DNA from: Ginglymostoma cirratum
Lineage: Eukaryota
Reading direction: 5' to 3'
Length of the DNA: 64,000 nucleotides
NCBI GenBank assembly: GCA_024137785.1
Contig: JAHRHZ010000013.1
Span: 12,790,707 to 12,854,706, forward strand
The translations under genes and the position numbers were made by a program. Shown piece after piece: positions 61,990 through 64,000 of this stretch. The notes below the pieces were generated by a model, which saw only the letters and a list, made by a program, of their open reading frames with translations, was not told the DNA's origin and ran no database searches. Each line of letters starts with the position of its first letter. Position 1 is the first letter of the stretch.

Positions 61990-64000
61990 AAAGGAAGGGT
62001 TTCAATGTTTCGCCTGTGTGAGGCGAGCAACTCCGTGGTGTTATTGAGGGATAGCAGGATCATAGAAACACTGCAACTAGGAAAAGGAATGACCTGGCCA
62101 GCAGAAAGTGCAGTCCATGCCAGGGTGTGTTCAATGGGATTGTAGGAAGGTTCATGCCCATTCCCCAGTGTGGGCTGCAACTGGAGAGTGACCTTGTGTT
62201 GGGACCAGTGACCATGAGAATTGTCCCTAGTTTGCTTGTGGATTGGGTTGACCAGTTCTTCAGCAGTCACCTGAGAGGATCAAAGTCTAATCCAAGCCCA
62301 GTCAGATCAGGGAAACTGAACAGCTATAGGAGAAAGAGCTGAGCATTCTTGCTGGCTGCGTGGTCACATGATTAGTGGCCAGATAAACTCAGCCAGTGAA
62401 GGATGTAGTGAGCATTGAAAACAAAAGACTCTCTGATACGGTTATTGAAAACCTTTTTCAAAAGTCTAGAACATACCGTGGATCTAATGAATAGAACCAA
62501 CCCCTAAGTAGTAGCCTAACAAGATAATTCACTGTTAAAAACACGAGCTCAGACTGATTAGACTGAAGCTGAAGCAGTCCCTGAATGTTATTATGGTAAA
62601 AATGAGGTACTGATGAGGAGATGGAAATCCCTCACAGACCTACAAATGAGGAGTGAAGAGTGATCCGCTAGGTAGTGGTGTTACCATGGTACCATAGGAA
62701 ATTAGTGTGCCAATGGCTGCTCACATTCACAAAGCATATGTCCACATCAACCACAGCTCCCTAAGGATGTGGTAAGGTTTTGTTGAATCTGCCTTGAACC
62801 TGGGGGAAAACCCCAAGCTGCAGTAGACCAACCCCTTTGATTCCTGTGCTGGGTATTGAGGAACCATTCAGTAGGGTGTTAATGGACTGTGTGAGGCCCC
62901 TGCCCCAAACAAAAGCAGGATGTCTTTCCATCATAGATGTGTCTAACCTTTTCCCAGGGGCTGTTCACTTGAGGTCCATATCTGCCAAAGCAATGATGAA
63001 GAAATTGACCCAATTCTTCACTATATTATTGACTACTGAGATCTAGTCAGACATGGCTCAAATTCCTTGTCCAAATTATTCCAGGATGAAATCAGTAACT
63101 TGGTTGCAATTCAGTGAAGTTCTTCACCATATCCCATGCAGCCACAACTGGTGCTAGAACAGTACAAGTACACTCTAAGAACGATAGTCAGGGCACACAT
63201 CCATCAGTACCTCCATGACTAGGATAAAGAATATATTTCCTCCTGTTCACTATCAGGGGATCACCCAAGGAGTCCTCCAGTTTTACTACATTTGAATGAG
63301 TTGCAAGTTACAAATAGATGTCTTTAGAACAGAACGAGGTGGGCTCTTGTGGCTTGGTGGTAGTGAACCTACCTCTGATCCAGAAGGTCCAGGTTCAAGT
63401 CCCACCTGCTCCAGTGGTGCGCCATAATATCTCTGAACAGGTTGATAAGAAATTAGCCAGAACAGGAGGAGTAAGTCTCCACGTTAAACTACATAATGAA
63501 ATTTTGAGTGACCCTTGCAAGCCTGAGAACACTTGAAAATCTCTCAGATAATGATGAGAAAACTGATCTGGGCATGAACCTTTCAGTGAGGAGACAATTA
63601 TTAGTCCTCCTACAAATATCAGATGAACCCATGAATATCAGTTTCAGGGGTCTGTATAGAATATCCAAGAAATTTGGAGAAGTGAAATATCTGATCGTAT
63701 CATAAAACAATACCATCACCGAGAATGGGAAAGGCAGTTAACAGTTGACCCATTGCCATTGACCTAGAGTACAAGGGTAAAAGTGGGGATGAATTGGAAG
63801 GAGATATGGATGAGGCCCACATTGAAACTGCAATCACCTGGCAAATGAATTCAAAACTACTAAAAACCATAAAATCCTTACTCACTCTATTCATGCAGAA
63901 AAGCAAATAGTCTTAACAAGGTTAGTCACTGCATTTATGGATTTATGCAGACAAGCCAGGCTATGCCATTCTGTCTCAACATGATGTGAATGTGGGCATT
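61990..64000 (+). mobile_element. Decayed Ty3/Gypsy LTR retrotransposon pol, Gmr1-type order (protease, integrase, RT)
   Basis: Protease VVLLRDS...LESDLVLGPV...VD (62030-62280). Integrase PLIPVLGIEEPFSRVLMDCVRPLPQTK...FPGAVHLRSISA (62830-63040) with GPY-like LLVLL...FRGLYRI..K...VKY (63590-63700). RT N-terminus LVTAFMDLC/DKPG...HDVNVG (63920-64000). Many stops. Confidence 0.85.
63338..63455 (+). mobile_element. Short tRNA-derived SINE inserted in the integrase region
   Basis: A box TGGCTTGGTGG and B box GGTTCAAGTCC; it interrupts the Gypsy pol remnant. Confidence 0.6.

Noticed and set aside
47900-64000. Evx1 expected beyond Hox13/14
   Set aside because: No Evx homeodomain seen; presumably further downstream.
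1-64000. CRISPR arrays, rRNA, prokaryotic operons and the many other short ORFs in the track
   Set aside because: Vertebrate genomic DNA with no repeat-spacer arrays. The short ORFs have random-looking composition and no domain signatures.

Overview
Eukaryotic DNA: the posterior (5') end of a vertebrate HoxA cluster, most likely from a shark or ray, judging by an HE1/V-SINE-like element, CR1/L2/Penelope repeats and compact Hox proteins without polyalanine tracts. Minus-strand order along the window: miR-196 (~3.9 kb), HoxA10 (2 exons, 344 aa), HoxA11 (2 exons, ~280 aa), HoxA13 (2 exons, 296 aa), then a decayed HoxA14 pseudogene. Its split homeobox lies at 41.2-41.55 kb, with a probable exon-1 relic at 43.7-44.1 kb. 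HoxA9 and Evx1 are not in the window. The first ~47.8 kb appears CpG-rich and free of recognisable transposons. It contains three co-oriented CTCF-like motifs (14.5, 32.3, 47.0 kb), the last right at the edge of that domain. Beyond ~47.9 kb the sequence appears CpG-poor and is full of decayed mobile elements: L2, CR1, SINEs, a Penelope-like element with a minimal hammerhead ribozyme, and a Gmr1-type Gypsy element (PRO-INT-RT order). Best leads: the three-exon HoxA14 fossil; a HoxA10 5' leader that matches the 17-aa mammalian N-terminal extension but is broken by two stops (Met-Ser-Ala-stop uORF); the hammerhead ribozymes; and the CTCF/TE/CpG boundary. I found no evidence of a wholly new biological system. 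All calls are by eye, without database searches.
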